Below, piece after piece: positions 47,206-58,323 of a stretch of 64,000 nt of DNA. The stretch lies in contig OZ240215.1 in assembly GCA_965197585.1 (NCBI GenBank), forward strand, positions 1,856,001 to 1,920,000, written 5' to 3'. Made by a program: the position numbers and the translations under genes. The DNA comes from Dehalococcoidia bacterium. Its GTDB lineage: Bacteria > Chloroflexota > Dehalococcoidia > Plut-88900. The notes under the pieces are model-generated. The model made no database searches. It was not told where the DNA came from and was given only the letters and a program-made list of their open reading frames with translations. The first letter of the stretch is position 1; the number at the start of each line of letters is the position of its first letter.

Positions 47206-48762
47206 TTGGCAATGAAGTATGACCACATTGTAGTCGGAGCGGGTTCTGGTGGAGCCGTACTCGCCAGCCGACTCTCCGAAGACCCCAACCGGTCCGTCCT
47301 CCTGATCGAGGCCGGTGATGACTTCTCCGACCTGGACCGCCTTCCTGCCGAGCTCAAATACCTCTACGGCCCGAGACCCACAGTCTTCGAAAGCCATCAC
47401 CTCTGGAACTTCGAGGCCCGCACCACCGACGAGGCCATTCCAACCATGGTCCCGCGCGGCAGAGTCACCGGCGGCACCAGCGCCATCAATGGCGCCAACT
47501 TCCTCCGTGGCGAAAGGGAGGACTTTGACCTCTGGGCCGAGGCCGGCAACGATGAATGGGCATTCGAAAAGGTCCTACCCTATTTCAGGAAGACCGAGTC
47601 CGACGAAGACTTCGACACCGACTACCACGGCAAGACAGGCCCTATCCGCTGCCGCCGCTTCACCCCCGACGAGTGGGGCCCTTTCCAAAAGGCCTTCTAT
47701 GACGCCTGCCTGGACTACGGCTTCCCAGACTGCCCGGACCATAACCGCCCCGACTCCACCGGCGTCGGCCCTCTCACCTTCAACGTCGTCGATCGAGTCC
47801 GTTGGAGCACGGCCATCGGATATCTGAATCCTGCCCGACACCGCGTTAACCTGACAATACGGCCCAACTGCGTAGTCCACGGCATAATCTTTGATGGCAA
47901 CAAAGCCGAGGGGTTGCTCGTCACCAGCGGCGGCGAGATGTTCATCGTCTACGGCGGCGAGATAATTCTCTCCGCGGGGGTGATAGGTTCGCCGCACATA
48001 CTGACCCTCTCAGGAGTAGGCCCTGCAGACCAGATGGTCAAACTCGGCATTCCCGTCGTACAGGATCTGCCCGGCGTCGGCGCAAACCTCCGCGACCACA
48101 TGGACTTGGACCTCACCTGGGAATCCCTCGCTCCAATGCGCGTGGCTGAAGAAAAGTGCGCCGAGGGAGCGATCACCCTGCGCTATACCGCCAAAGGCTC
48201 TCCCTGGAAGAATGACATGGTAGTTTGCATGAACAATCGCATGTCGGAGATGCCGGGATTGCCCTTGGATGAATCTGCGGAGGCCCTTGTCGGCTGCCAG
48301 CTCCTGATCTATATGAGTCTTTCCTCCGGGCAAATGACCGTCGTTTCCACCGACCCCCGTAAGGCCCCCGAACTGGACTACAACTACTTCGAGGAACCTC
48401 TGGACCGCTCAAGGTACCGGGATGGCGTAAGGATCTGCGTTGACCTCTTCAAAAACTCCGCCTTCAATGGCCTGATCGGGAAACGACTGGGCCCCTCAGA
48501 CGAAATCCTTGACTCCGACGATGCCCTTGATCTCTGGCTCAGGAAGAATGTCAGGACCGGCCATCACCCCGCCGGCACCTGCAAAATGGGCCCCTCCTCC
48601 GACCCCCTGGCCGTGGTCGACCAGTACGCCAAAGTCCACGGTGTTGAGGGAGTCAGAGTACTGGACGCCTCCGTAATGCCTCACTCGCTCCGAGCCAACC
48701 TCAGCGCAAACATCATGGCCATGGCCGAGCGCGTCGCCGATTTCATCAAAGAAGGCCGCTAA
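47206..48762 (+). CDS. GMC oxidoreductase (choline dehydrogenase/MftG-like)
   Basis: VGAGSGG, RGRVTGGTSAING, GVGANLRDH and HPAGTCKMG motifs. Confidence 0.92.
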   Translation: MAMKYDHIVVGAGSGGAVLASRLSEDPNRSVLLIEAGDDFSDLDRLPAELKYLYGPRPTVFESHHLWNFEARTTDEAIPTMVPRGRVTGGTSAINGANFLRGEREDFDLWAEAGNDEWAFEKVLPYFRKTESDEDFDTDYHGKTGPIRCRRFTPDEWGPFQKAFYDACLDYGFPDCPDHNRPDSTGVGPLTFNVVDRVRWSTAIGYLNPARHRVNLTIRPNCVVHGIIFDGNKAEGLLVTSGGEMFIVYGGEIILSAGVIGSPHILTLSGVGPADQMVKLGIPVVQDLPGVGANLRDHMDLDLTWESLAPMRVAEEKCAEGAITLRYTAKGSPWKNDMVVCMNNRMSEMPGLPLDESAEALVGCQLLIYMSLSSGQMTVVSTDPRKAPELDYNYFEEPLDRSRYRDGVRICVDLFKNSAFNGLIGKRLGPSDEILDSDDALDLWLRKNVRTGHHPAGTCKMGPSSDPLAVVDQYAKVHGVEGVRVLDASVMPHSLRANLSANIMAMAERVADFIKEGR

Positions 48763-48843
48763 TACAGTAAAGCCCTGGTGCGTCCTTCTTGCAGCCATAC
48801 CGCATGACGGGCGCAGTTCCAACAGCAGAAGTTTGCCTCTTCC

Positions 48844-50538
48844 CTATCTCGTCCCCGGTGGCCCCACCCGCACCGTAATTATGTCCGTGTCGCGGAACTG
48901 CTGGTGTCGCACCGAAGACGCGTAACGCCGCAGTAGCCGCAGAGAAATCTCCGTGTCTATCGGTGTCTCCTCTTCATGATCCTGCATCTGCCGGATTCTG
49001 TCCTCCAGGTTATCCTCGTTCCCACCACCAATGAATTCCAGGTCCGCCACCGGCCCGTCGCTCGAAGCCAGCACCACCAACTGACGGCCATCCCCCTCTG
49101 CTTCATCTGCCAGGTCTTCAAGTTCCGCCTCAAAATCAATTGGTGCAAGTGTCAGAAGCGTCTCCTCAGCCACCGCCGACAACCGGTCTTTCATAGAGTC
49201 ATTCCAATGTCGGCTGTCCGCAAACCGGTGTACGAATTGCGTTAGTTCCGCCAAGGAATCTATATGCAGCTTGGACTGGAACCTCATCCGTCTATGGCTC
49301 GTCAACTCCAGGAAGACGATCATCAGCACTGCAGACACCCCGCCCGTGGTCACCGCACTCTTGAGCAGCGCCCCGACCACCGGCCCCAAGTCCGGCAGAT
49401 TGAACAAAGCGAACTGGAATGAAGCCCCTATCCAGAATGATATCCCCGCCACCATCAGCCGGGATCTGTTCGGCTCATTCTGGATAACCGTGCGCGCCCC
49501 GTCCACGAAAAGCGTCCCTACCACCAGTATCAAATACCCTGCCATCACCGGGCCCGGTATAGTGCTCAGTAGACCCGAAACCTTCGGCACGAACGCCACT
49601 AGTATGAACACAGCCCCGATGACGTACCCAATCCTGCGCGACGCAACCCCTGTGATTTGCGTGAAGGCCACCGCACCCGGGTTTATGACTAGCGGGACCC
49701 CACCGGCCACCCCCGACAACAGGTTTCCTATGCCGGCGCCCGCCAGAGCCCCTTGCACTCTCCTGAAGTCGATAGCTCGTGGCTCCCGGCTGGAGACCCG
49801 CTGCATCGAAATCGCCTCCCCGTTTACCTGTATGGAGATAATCACCCCCAGGAACAGGAAGGACGGGACTAGCACCCAGAAGTCGACGCTAAAGTCGAGC
49901 CCTAGACCCGGCCATTCGCTCGGTACACCGACCCACGCCGCCTCCGTAACCTTGTCAATGTCGTAGATTCCCAACCCCGCCGCCGCTGCACACCCCCCTG
50001 CGATACCTATTACCGGTGCCCACAACCGCATCACCGGTGTGCCCCTCAATGTTAGTGCAACAACTATGACCAGGGTGACAAGGGCGGTCAAAGGCGCGGC
50101 TGCCGGCTCCTCCTGCGCCGCATCGTCGAGCAACGCAAACACCACCGAGGCCAATGTTATGGAAAGTATCATTATCACTGTGCCGCTCACTATCGGCGTT
50201 ACGACTCGCCGCAGCACGAACAGCCACTTGGAAATAACCAACTGGAACAGCGCAGATGCAATGATCAGCGTAGTCAGGGTAGCCGGGCCCCCGTCGACTA
50301 GCGCGGTGATGCAGAAAGGTATTGCGAAGGCAGCAGTGAACATTGGAAGCACCGCACCGGCGCCCGCAGGTCCTAGCCGCCTAACCTGGAGCAGAGTCGA
50401 CACCCCCACCACCAGCAGCGAGGCGAACACCATCCAGATTAGATAAGACTCGTCCCCACCCGACTCCTTCGCCACTACAACAGGGGTCACCAGCAAGGTC
50501 GCCGAGGCGATTATGCTGAACTGCAACCCGAGTCCCAA
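48844..50538 (-). CDS. Xanthine/uracil (NCS2) permease with an extra C-terminal HATPase-like domain
   Basis: TPIVSG and ITGVASRRIG motifs. The frame stays open upstream through RYEVDENPP (to ~50635), so the real start is probably non-canonical. Confidence 0.82.
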   Translation of the reverse strand: MGLGLQFSIIASATLLVTPVVVAKESGGDESYLIWMVFASLLVVGVSTLLQVRRLGPAGAGAVLPMFTAAFAIPFCITALVDGGPATLTTLIIASALFQLVISKWLFVLRRVVTPIVSGTVIMILSITLASVVFALLDDAAQEEPAAAPLTALVTLVIVVALTLRGTPVMRLWAPVIGIAGGCAAAAGLGIYDIDKVTEAAWVGVPSEWPGLGLDFSVDFWVLVPSFLFLGVIISIQVNGEAISMQRVSSREPRAIDFRRVQGALAGAGIGNLLSGVAGGVPLVINPGAVAFTQITGVASRRIGYVIGAVFILVAFVPKVSGLLSTIPGPVMAGYLILVVGTLFVDGARTVIQNEPNRSRLMVAGISFWIGASFQFALFNLPDLGPVVGALLKSAVTTGGVSAVLMIVFLELTSHRRMRFQSKLHIDSLAELTQFVHRFADSRHWNDSMKDRLSAVAEETLLTLAPIDFEAELEDLADEAEGDGRQLVVLASSDGPVADLEFIGGGNEDNLEDRIRQMQDHEEETPIDTEISLRLLRRYASSVRHQQFRDTDIITVRVGPPGTR

Positions 50539-50840
50539 AGTGGATTTTAAAGGCGGGTTTTCGTCGACCTCGTACCGAGGGTTCCGTACCGCTCCTGCCG
50601 CCGTTGGAATTGCCTCCCAATCTTGTTTGTGGGACAGAGCCTAGTGGATTCTACTAAGAATCACCGCTCGTTGCGACATTATCACCAACCTAAATTAAGT
50701 ACATGCCTTTATTGAACGAATTGCCAGTCTCCAATTCCTAGAAAATCGGCGTAATGCGTTCGAAAATGGAGCCGCTGAGAAACCATATCATCGCCCCACC
50801 CCCATCTTCCCAAACCTACGTCTTGTGATATGTTCTACCC

Positions 50841-53800
50841 ATGCAAACCGGCAACGCCAGCGCAGGTCACATCATCATGGACCGAATCTCTCCGGCATTG
50901 ACCGAAGCCCTGTGGCAGCTGGTAAACGACGCCAAGCGCACCGACATCCTTGCCCCTGTCACCGTCATAGGCCCGACCCAATATGCCAACCTGACCCTCC
51001 GCCAAGAGCTCGGAAGCACTGGATTCGTCAATGTACGGTTCATCGTCATGGGTCACCTCTCGGAACTACTTGGCGCGGCCGAACTGGCTAGAGAAGGACG
51101 CAGCCCCTTGACCCGAGTCATTGAGACCATGTCTATCAGGCAGGTGTTGGACCAACATTCGAAATTGTTAGCCTCGGTACGAGGGCACGTCGCCACCCAG
51201 GCCCGAGTTCGCAGCTGTTTCAAAGATCTGCGTCGAACCGGCGAGGATGTCTTGACCGCTTTGGAAACTCAGGGTGGTGTCCGCGGTGAGGTCGTTCGGC
51301 TATACCGGGACTTTCGCCAGGAAACGAGGACAAAATGGTACGACTCTGAGGATTTGGCCGAAGCCGCATCTAATGCCGTCCGCTCAAATGAGTCCTCCGG
51401 CCTCGCTGACTTAGGCTTGATTATCTTATATCTCCCCCACAATCCTAGCCCCGCGGAACAAAAGCTCATCGAGACGCTGGCTTCTAAGGCACGGTGTGCC
51501 GTCCTGCTTGGCACCACCGGCGATCCTGTTGCCGACGAGCAAGCAGCCACTCTCTCAGAGGCTCTAACCCCGATGCTTGGAACAGCACTCCCGAAGGAAC
51601 CTGCTAAGCTGCCACGCCTCCCGGGTGAAGCACGCATCCACGTCGCTCCCACAACCCGAGAAGAGCTCCGGCGAGTCGTGCGCGGAATAATGGAGGAAGT
51701 TGCGAAGAGACAGACACCCTTCCACAAAATGGCCGTCCTGTATCGTATACGTGACCCCTACACCGCTCTCATTCACCACGAGCTCCATGAGGCTGACATT
51801 CCCGTAGCCGGACCCGGAGCAGGCTTGCTCCGCGACACGGCCTCAGGCCGGACTCTCATGGGGCTCCTTGACTTGGCGGACGGCGAATTCCCCCGCGCCC
51901 GAGTCATGGCCTGGCTCACCGGCTGCCCTGTCTGCCCCAAGGATTCACAGGAAGCCTTCAACCCCAGTACCTGGGACGCGCTCACCAAACGGGCGGGGAT
52001 AGTAGGAGGGCTGGGCCAGTGGCAAGGTCGACTGGATCACTATGCAAAAGAGATTGAATCTGACACCGAATCCCGACTCACCAGAGATGAGATAACCGAT
52101 GCCCGCGCCAACATTCTGTATCAAGATGCCGCCACCGCTAAGAGTATCGCTGAATTCATTGATGCATTGGGCCATCAGCTAACCCCGCCGAAGAACGGCA
52201 GCGAATGGGTTGCCTTCTGCAATTGGGCACGCGGCCTTCTCGATCACTATCTGGACAAGAGCCTCCCTTCTACCGAGACCGCTGCTCTGGAAAAGATTTA
52301 CCGCTCCCTTGAAGAGCTCAAGGCCGCAGACTCCGTCAAAGCCGGGACTACTTTGAAAGAGTTCCGCCAGACGGTGGACGACGCTCTGCAAGAATCCACT
52401 GGCCGACTTGGCGTCACCGGTCAGGGCGTCTTCGTTTCCAGTTTCGCCGCCGCCGCAGGCATGAACTTCGATGCCATCTGGATGGTTGGCATGATCGAAG
52501 GCGCCGTCCCCCCCGCCCTACCCCCCGACCCCCTCCTCCCAGAGACCGACTGGCTGAGTGCCGGTGGGCCTTCGCGCCTCAAAATATACATCGCACAGGA
52601 GCGTCGGGACTATCTCTCGGCGGTAGCCTCCGCCCCGCGCCGAGTGCTTTCGTACCCTGCTGCGGGTGCCGCATCAAACCGTAAAGCCTACCCATCGCGG
52701 TGGCTCTTGGAACAGGCCTCGGCGCTTGAGAACGCACCCATCCGTTCTAGTGACCTCTCCCGTCTAGCCGACCGACCGTGGCTCACCATAGATGCCTCCC
52801 CTGAGCAAGCTCTCTCCCGCGTCCCCGAATCCTCCCTCGCCGACCTCCATGACTACACACTCCAAAGGCTCCTGCACTGGAAGAGGAGTGGCAAAAGACT
52901 GGGGGACCACCCCTTTGTACAGAACGGAGCGCTGGCCCGAGCCACGCTCCTCGGAAGCCACCGAGACCTGTCGCTGCTCACTGAGTTCGACGGCAATCTT
53001 TCTTCAGTGGCCCAAACCGCAAGATTCAGTCGATCTTTGGATACCTCACCCATTTCCCCCACCCGGCTGGAAAGTTGGGCCCGCTGCCCCTTCAGCTATT
53101 TTCTCGGACACGTTTTGCGGTTGAATGCTCTCGACACCCCGGAGGAGACCGTCGCCATCAGCGCACTGGATAGGGGCGGCCTGATGCACAAGATTCTCGA
53201 GCGCTTTATCAGGGAGTCCGACACTCCTCCCCCTGGCAAGGACTGGACCCCCGAGGACCGCATCCGTCTAACACTCATTGCGCACCAGGAGTTCGCTAGG
53301 GTGGAAAGCCGAGGTGTTACCGGCAAACCCGTCCTATGGGATCTCGACAAAGAAGAAATTCTCTCCGACCTCGATACCTTCCTCGAAGAGGACGCCAACC
53401 TGAGGCATGCACATGGCTCCACTAGCATTGAAGTGGAATTAAAATTTGGTTCCGAGGGTGATACACCCACAGTGACCGATGCAGAATCGCCACTCCGTTT
53501 CCGCGGCCAGATAGATCGTGTAGACCTCACCGCCGACGGCAGGTCGGTCCTGGTCATCGACTACAAGACCGGCAGACCTGATTATTTTCGAGGCTTGGAG
53601 AAAGACGCTATAGACCGCGGCAAGCATCTCCAGCTTGCCATCTACTCCCTCGCCGCCCGAGAAATATTCCCCAAGGCCGAGCAGGTCCGCGCCGCCTACT
53701 GGTTCGCCACCACAAAAGGAGGCTTTAGGCGACTCCCTTCCCAGCACTTTGATCTTGGAGACCCCCAGGTTCTGGAGCGATTCCAACAGGGTGTATCGAC

Positions 53801-53999
53801 CATCTCCGATGGCATTCGTGCTGGAGCGTTTCCCGCCAACCCAGGGCCCCCCGATCGGAATAAAAATGCCAACTGCACCTATTGCGACTTCGATGCCATC
53901 TGCCCCTCCCGCCGATCCGACCTCTGGGACCGGAAGAAGCAAGACCCTCTTCTGTCTCGGTACCTGGAACTCGCCGAGGGGGAGGAGGAACAGTCATGA
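50841..53999 (+). CDS. addB: AddB-like protein: inactive helicase plus PD-(D/E)XK nuclease with Fe-S staple cysteines
   Basis: ISPTRLESWARCPF, RGQIDRVD, IDYKTG, LQLAIY and CTYCDFDAIC motifs. Confidence 0.8.
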   Translation: MQTGNASAGHIIMDRISPALTEALWQLVNDAKRTDILAPVTVIGPTQYANLTLRQELGSTGFVNVRFIVMGHLSELLGAAELAREGRSPLTRVIETMSIRQVLDQHSKLLASVRGHVATQARVRSCFKDLRRTGEDVLTALETQGGVRGEVVRLYRDFRQETRTKWYDSEDLAEAASNAVRSNESSGLADLGLIILYLPHNPSPAEQKLIETLASKARCAVLLGTTGDPVADEQAATLSEALTPMLGTALPKEPAKLPRLPGEARIHVAPTTREELRRVVRGIMEEVAKRQTPFHKMAVLYRIRDPYTALIHHELHEADIPVAGPGAGLLRDTASGRTLMGLLDLADGEFPRARVMAWLTGCPVCPKDSQEAFNPSTWDALTKRAGIVGGLGQWQGRLDHYAKEIESDTESRLTRDEITDARANILYQDAATAKSIAEFIDALGHQLTPPKNGSEWVAFCNWARGLLDHYLDKSLPSTETAALEKIYRSLEELKAADSVKAGTTLKEFRQTVDDALQESTGRLGVTGQGVFVSSFAAAAGMNFDAIWMVGMIEGAVPPALPPDPLLPETDWLSAGGPSRLKIYIAQERRDYLSAVASAPRRVLSYPAAGAASNRKAYPSRWLLEQASALENAPIRSSDLSRLADRPWLTIDASPEQALSRVPESSLADLHDYTLQRLLHWKRSGKRLGDHPFVQNGALARATLLGSHRDLSLLTEFDGNLSSVAQTARFSRSLDTSPISPTRLESWARCPFSYFLGHVLRLNALDTPEETVAISALDRGGLMHKILERFIRESDTPPPGKDWTPEDRIRLTLIAHQEFARVESRGVTGKPVLWDLDKEEILSDLDTFLEEDANLRHAHGSTSIEVELKFGSEGDTPTVTDAESPLRFRGQIDRVDLTADGRSVLVIDYKTGRPDYFRGLEKDAIDRGKHLQLAIYSLAAREIFPKAEQVRAAYWFATTKGGFRRLPSQHFDLGDPQVLERFQQGVSTISDGIRAGAFPANPGPPDRNKNANCTYCDFDAICPSRRSDLWDRKKQDPLLSRYLELAEGEEEQS

Positions 54000-56900
54000 C
54001 TAGCGTGTCATCCTTCAAGCCCCGAGACCAAGCGGCCCGGGACACCATCGCCAACAACCTGCAAGACACCGTCTTCATCGAGGCCAGCGCCGGTACCGGT
54101 AAGACCACTAGCCTCGTCAATCGGGTGGTCAACATGATCTCCACTGGCACTGCCACCCTGGACAAGATTGCTGCCATAACCTTCACCGAGGCCGCCGTCG
54201 CCGAGCTTCGGGAGCGCATTCGCGAAGAGCTTGAGAAGGCCGCCGCCGATTGTGAACACAGTACTGACGAGCGAGACCGTTGCCAACAAGGCATCTCCGA
54301 TCTGGACCAGTCCGCTATCCAGACACTCCATGCCTTCGCTGCACTCCTCCTTCACGAGCGTCCCCTGGAAGCCGGACTGCCCCCATCCTTCGAGGTGAGC
54401 GAGGAGATGAAGTCTGGCGTAAGGTTTAATGAGGAGTGGGACAAGTGGCTCGATAAAGCACTGGAAGACCCCTCCCTGGCTGACCACCTCTCCCGAGCTC
54501 TCACCCTGGGCCTGACCCTGGATAGGCTTAAGGACATCGCCCAGGCATTCCACAACAACTACGACGACCTCGCCAACACCGTGTTCGAATCCGTATCCCC
54601 CACCCCACAGGCCGCCCAGTCCCTCATCGATGCCAGGGTTGGCCTGGAACATCTCTGCACCCTTTCTAAAATCGGGCCCGGCGACAAACTATATGACCAC
54701 GTCCAAGGCAAACTGGGAGCTATCCGCCGATTGAAGGACGGCAAACCAGGTTCCAATCTGTCCTATCGATTGCTAAAACGGCTTCAACCCCTGAAGTGTG
54801 GTTCGGGTAGGCAATCGGACTGGAATACGGATCCCGTGGTGGGTGAGAACGGCTGCAAGAGCCTGAAAGAATTGCTCAAACTCCTTGACGAAAAAGTGAA
54901 TGCGGAGATCACAAGGACCCGGCGCGCCGTCCTTATGCCCATTCTCGAAGCCCTGCGGAAGTACGTAATTGACTATGCCGAAAAACGCCGCACCGAGGGC
55001 CGCGCTGAGTTCCAGGACCTTCTCGTCTGGGCCCGAAACCTCCTCCGCGACAACCTGGAAGTTCGTGACCATTTCCAGAAACGTTTCTCCCATCTCCTCA
55101 TCGACGAGGTCCAGGACACCGACCCTCTTCAAGCTGAGATCGCCATGTTCCTCGCCGAGGCCGTTCCGAACAGTCAGCCCCCCGCTCCACGCCCCGATTC
55201 CTGGCTCGACGTAACTCCTGAAAAGGGCAAGCTGTTCGTGGTCGGTGACCCCAAGCAGTCTATATATCGCTTCCGCCGCGCGGATGTCGAGCAGATGAAT
55301 CAACTCCGGGAACGCATGGAAGCCGCCGGGGGTAATGCCCTGAGCCTCGTCCAGAATTTTCGCTCTCACCGGCCGATAGTTGCCTGGGTCAACCACCTCT
55401 TCTCCCAATGGATGGACGGAGATGAGACCCAGGCCCGATACGAGGAGATGCACCATCGCTGGGATGCGGACAATACCGATCCATTCCATCCCCGAGTCTG
55501 GGCCCTCTCCGACGTCGAGAGCAAGGACAGCATGAGCGTCGTTCGCAATCAAGAGGCCGAAGACATCGCAGATCTGCTCCATCAAATGGTCGCCCAAAAA
55601 TGGAAAGTGTTAGACAAGGAAAAGTCCGACAAATCAGGGAACGCTTCACATCGGTGTGTCGGCTACTCCGACATCTGCATTCTCATGCCAACCCGCACCG
55701 GCCTCGCTAACCTCGAACGCGGGCTCGAAGCAAGAAATATCCCCTATCGCCTCGAAAACGCCTCCCTCATCTTTGAGACCCAGGAGGTAAGAGACCTCCT
55801 CAACTGCCTGCAAGCAATCGACGACCCATCCAATCAGATTGCAGTAGTCGGCGCCCTACGCTCTACCGTATTCGGCTGCAGCGACATAGACCTCCTCCTT
55901 TACCACGAAGCCCACGGCAGCTTCGACTACTCCCGCATAAAGGAGGATTCGCCTTCCGGCCTTATACCCGACGCCCTCGCCGTACTCCGTACATATCACA
56001 ACTCCAGGATGTGGGAGTCCCCCGGTTCCCTAATTGATCGGTTCATCCGGGACAGGGGCTTAATGGAGTCCGCCCTGGCCCACTCGCGCAGCCGAGAGCA
56101 ATGGCGCCGCTACCGATTCATGGTGGAGCAGGCTTGGCGCTTCGCCGAGGGCGGCGGCAACTCTTTGCGAGCCTTCGTCGAATGGATCGAAGACCAGATC
56201 AACGAACGAGTCCGGGTTTCCGAGTCCCCCATCCCGGACTCTGACGAGGAAGCCGTACGAGTCATGACCATCCACGGTGCCAAGGGCTTGGAGTTTCCCG
56301 TCGTTGTCCTCACCGGCCTAAACTCATCCGGGAGGCGGCAGAGTGACACCGTGATATTCGACAGAGTCAGGAAGCAGGTTGAGGTCGGCCTGGGCTCCAA
56401 AAATAACCGGATCTCGACACCCGGCTACGAGGAGTTGGTAGAAAAAGAGAAACGGATGTCGGAGGCCGAGGACGTACGCCTGATGTACGTGGCCGCCACC
56501 CGCGCCCGTGACCATCTCATCCTTAGCCTTCGCCGTAAGGAGACCGGCAGCAGCTCAACTTCCAAAACCTTAGCTGCCACGATCTCCGAGACTATGCAAG
56601 GCTCGGGCCTCTGGGAGCCCGTTAACTTGGTAGACGTGGACGAGTCCCATGGTTCCATTTCCGACTCCATTTCCCAGGACCCTCCAAACTCCATCGACCA
56701 TTCCATCGAGGCTCGTGACCGCTGGGTAATCGAAAGAGATAATTTGATAAAACGTATGGGTCGCCCGACCTACGTCTCTGCCACCTCCCTCGGTCGCCAT
56801 GTCCAGGAACAGGAGGACAAGCCGGAACAGGAAAGCGATGAACCCTGGCGACGGGGCCGGGCCGGCACTTCCGTCGGGCGTGCCGTACACGCTGTGCTTC

Positions 56901-57385
56901 AGTCTCTAGACCTCGCCACAGGCGCCGACATCGAGGCCCGGTCTCGAGTTCAGGCTGCCGCTGAAGGTGTGCCTGACCGCGAAAAGGAAGTTGCCGGCCT
57001 CGTCTGCGTCGCCGTGGAGAGTGACATAGTGCATCGCGCCGTGGCCTCCGGTCGGGTTTGGAGAGAGGTCCCTGTCGCAGCACCAACTGGCGACGGAATC
57101 CTCCATGGCTTCATCGATCTCTTGTTTGAAGAGGATGATGGATTGGTCATAGTCGACTACAAGACCGATGCTGTATCCGCCGAGGAAACCCCCGAGGCCG
57201 TTCTTCGCTATCGATTGCAGGGTGGAGCCTACGCCCACGCCCTTCAAAAAATTACCGGGAAGCATGTGAAGGAGGTTGTATTCCTATACCTGCATCCTCG
57301 CCGCGAGCAGAAGTTGGCCGACCTGTCCCAAGCCATCCAAGACGCAGAAGCCGCCGCCAAGTCCATCTTGGCCCCGGTCTCTTAG
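53996..57385 (+). CDS. addA: AddA-like UvrD helicase-nuclease
   Basis: EASAGTGKT, IDEVQDT, VGDPKQSIYRFR, MTIHGAKGLEF, YVAATRAR and GFIDLL...VDYKT motifs; ATGA overlap with addB. Confidence 0.85.
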   Translation: MTSVSSFKPRDQAARDTIANNLQDTVFIEASAGTGKTTSLVNRVVNMISTGTATLDKIAAITFTEAAVAELRERIREELEKAAADCEHSTDERDRCQQGISDLDQSAIQTLHAFAALLLHERPLEAGLPPSFEVSEEMKSGVRFNEEWDKWLDKALEDPSLADHLSRALTLGLTLDRLKDIAQAFHNNYDDLANTVFESVSPTPQAAQSLIDARVGLEHLCTLSKIGPGDKLYDHVQGKLGAIRRLKDGKPGSNLSYRLLKRLQPLKCGSGRQSDWNTDPVVGENGCKSLKELLKLLDEKVNAEITRTRRAVLMPILEALRKYVIDYAEKRRTEGRAEFQDLLVWARNLLRDNLEVRDHFQKRFSHLLIDEVQDTDPLQAEIAMFLAEAVPNSQPPAPRPDSWLDVTPEKGKLFVVGDPKQSIYRFRRADVEQMNQLRERMEAAGGNALSLVQNFRSHRPIVAWVNHLFSQWMDGDETQARYEEMHHRWDADNTDPFHPRVWALSDVESKDSMSVVRNQEAEDIADLLHQMVAQKWKVLDKEKSDKSGNASHRCVGYSDICILMPTRTGLANLERGLEARNIPYRLENASLIFETQEVRDLLNCLQAIDDPSNQIAVVGALRSTVFGCSDIDLLLYHEAHGSFDYSRIKEDSPSGLIPDALAVLRTYHNSRMWESPGSLIDRFIRDRGLMESALAHSRSREQWRRYRFMVEQAWRFAEGGGNSLRAFVEWIEDQINERVRVSESPIPDSDEEAVRVMTIHGAKGLEFPVVVLTGLNSSGRRQSDTVIFDRVRKQVEVGLGSKNNRISTPGYEELVEKEKRMSEAEDVRLMYVAATRARDHLILSLRRKETGSSSTSKTLAATISETMQGSGLWEPVNLVDVDESHGSISDSISQDPPNSIDHSIEARDRWVIERDNLIKRMGRPTYVSATSLGRHVQEQEDKPEQESDEPWRRGRAGTSVGRAVHAVLQSLDLATGADIEARSRVQAAAEGVPDREKEVAGLVCVAVESDIVHRAVASGRVWREVPVAAPTGDGILHGFIDLLFEEDDGLVIVDYKTDAVSAEETPEAVLRYRLQGGAYAHALQKITGKHVKEVVFLYLHPRREQKLADLSQAIQDAEAAAKSILAPVS

Positions 57386-57613
57386 ACCCCTCTACAATCC
57401 TTCTATGCAAAGGGGAACCGCCAGGGCCTATTTTATCGTCGCCCAGGAGAATCACGAAGCCCACCTAGAATCGCGGCTTAAACCCTTCCTCGAAAGCCCG
57501 TGGAACACCCATTTCCAGCTTGTCGAGCCTTCCTAACGGATTAATAACCTTATGCAGGCCAAGGGTACAGCCGAAATTTCCCAGCTATGCTGGTAAAATA
57601 GACTCCCGAGATC

Positions 57614-58288
57614 ATGCAGAGTTCGCAAGAAAACACCTTGACCACTCCAACTAAGGGATCATCCGGCCTTGGCGCCGGCCTCTTCCTTCTCATCACCGCC
57701 GTTGCCACCCTGGTCGCCGTGGTCACCAGGGTCTCCGCCAACGCCGATCAACCCACCCTCGCCGAGTCCCTGGCCGTCATCTCGGAAAACAAAGCTCTTT
57801 ATGCCTCTGGAGGCGGAGCGCGGTTTGTGTCCGGGGTGACGCTGATTGTCGCCGCTTGGTTCCTGTCAAAGACGGGCACAGGCGAGACCCAACCCTCTGC
57901 ACGCATAGCCTCGCTTATCTTTGCTCTATCAGGCCTTTTCACTGCCATTTCCGGTGCTAGTGCCATCGCCTTGGCCAACGCTGCACCCGCCCCTCCCGAC
58001 ACCCTGCCCGAGTCCACAGCCTACGTCCGATGGCTCACCGGCAAGATAGGCTTCACCCTTGCTGGTCTGGCCCTCATAGCAGAGGCAAGACGGCAGTGGA
58101 ATTTAGGAACGCCCTTCAAGTACCTTGCCCTCGCCTCGGGTATCATAGGCATTCTTATGCAATTCATCTGGTGGGACGACGCCACCACAGTTCACCGAAT
58201 CACCGGTATCGGCTTCCTATTCTGGCTTATTGTAGTAGGCATACTACTGCTCAAGGGCCGTCCCAGGCCTGCCCGCAGGAAGGCGTAG
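57614..58288 (+). CDS. Hypothetical multi-pass membrane protein
   Basis: About six hydrophobic helices. Confidence 0.65.
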   Translation: MQSSQENTLTTPTKGSSGLGAGLFLLITAVATLVAVVTRVSANADQPTLAESLAVISENKALYASGGGARFVSGVTLIVAAWFLSKTGTGETQPSARIASLIFALSGLFTAISGASAIALANAAPAPPDTLPESTAYVRWLTGKIGFTLAGLALIAEARRQWNLGTPFKYLALASGIIGILMQFIWWDDATTVHRITGIGFLFWLIVVGILLLKGRPRPARRKA

Positions 58289-58323
58289 CTTAACTACCCC
58301 GCTCCACAAAGACATACTCGGAC

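Noticed and set aside
50824-50835. LexA box upstream of addB
   Set aside because: Only one half-site (GTTC) matches.
50841-53999. Cas4 or defence nuclease
   Set aside because: The Cys/PD-(D/E)XK domain is the C-terminus of an AddB-like subunit coupled to an AddA-like gene, i.e. ordinary recombination repair.
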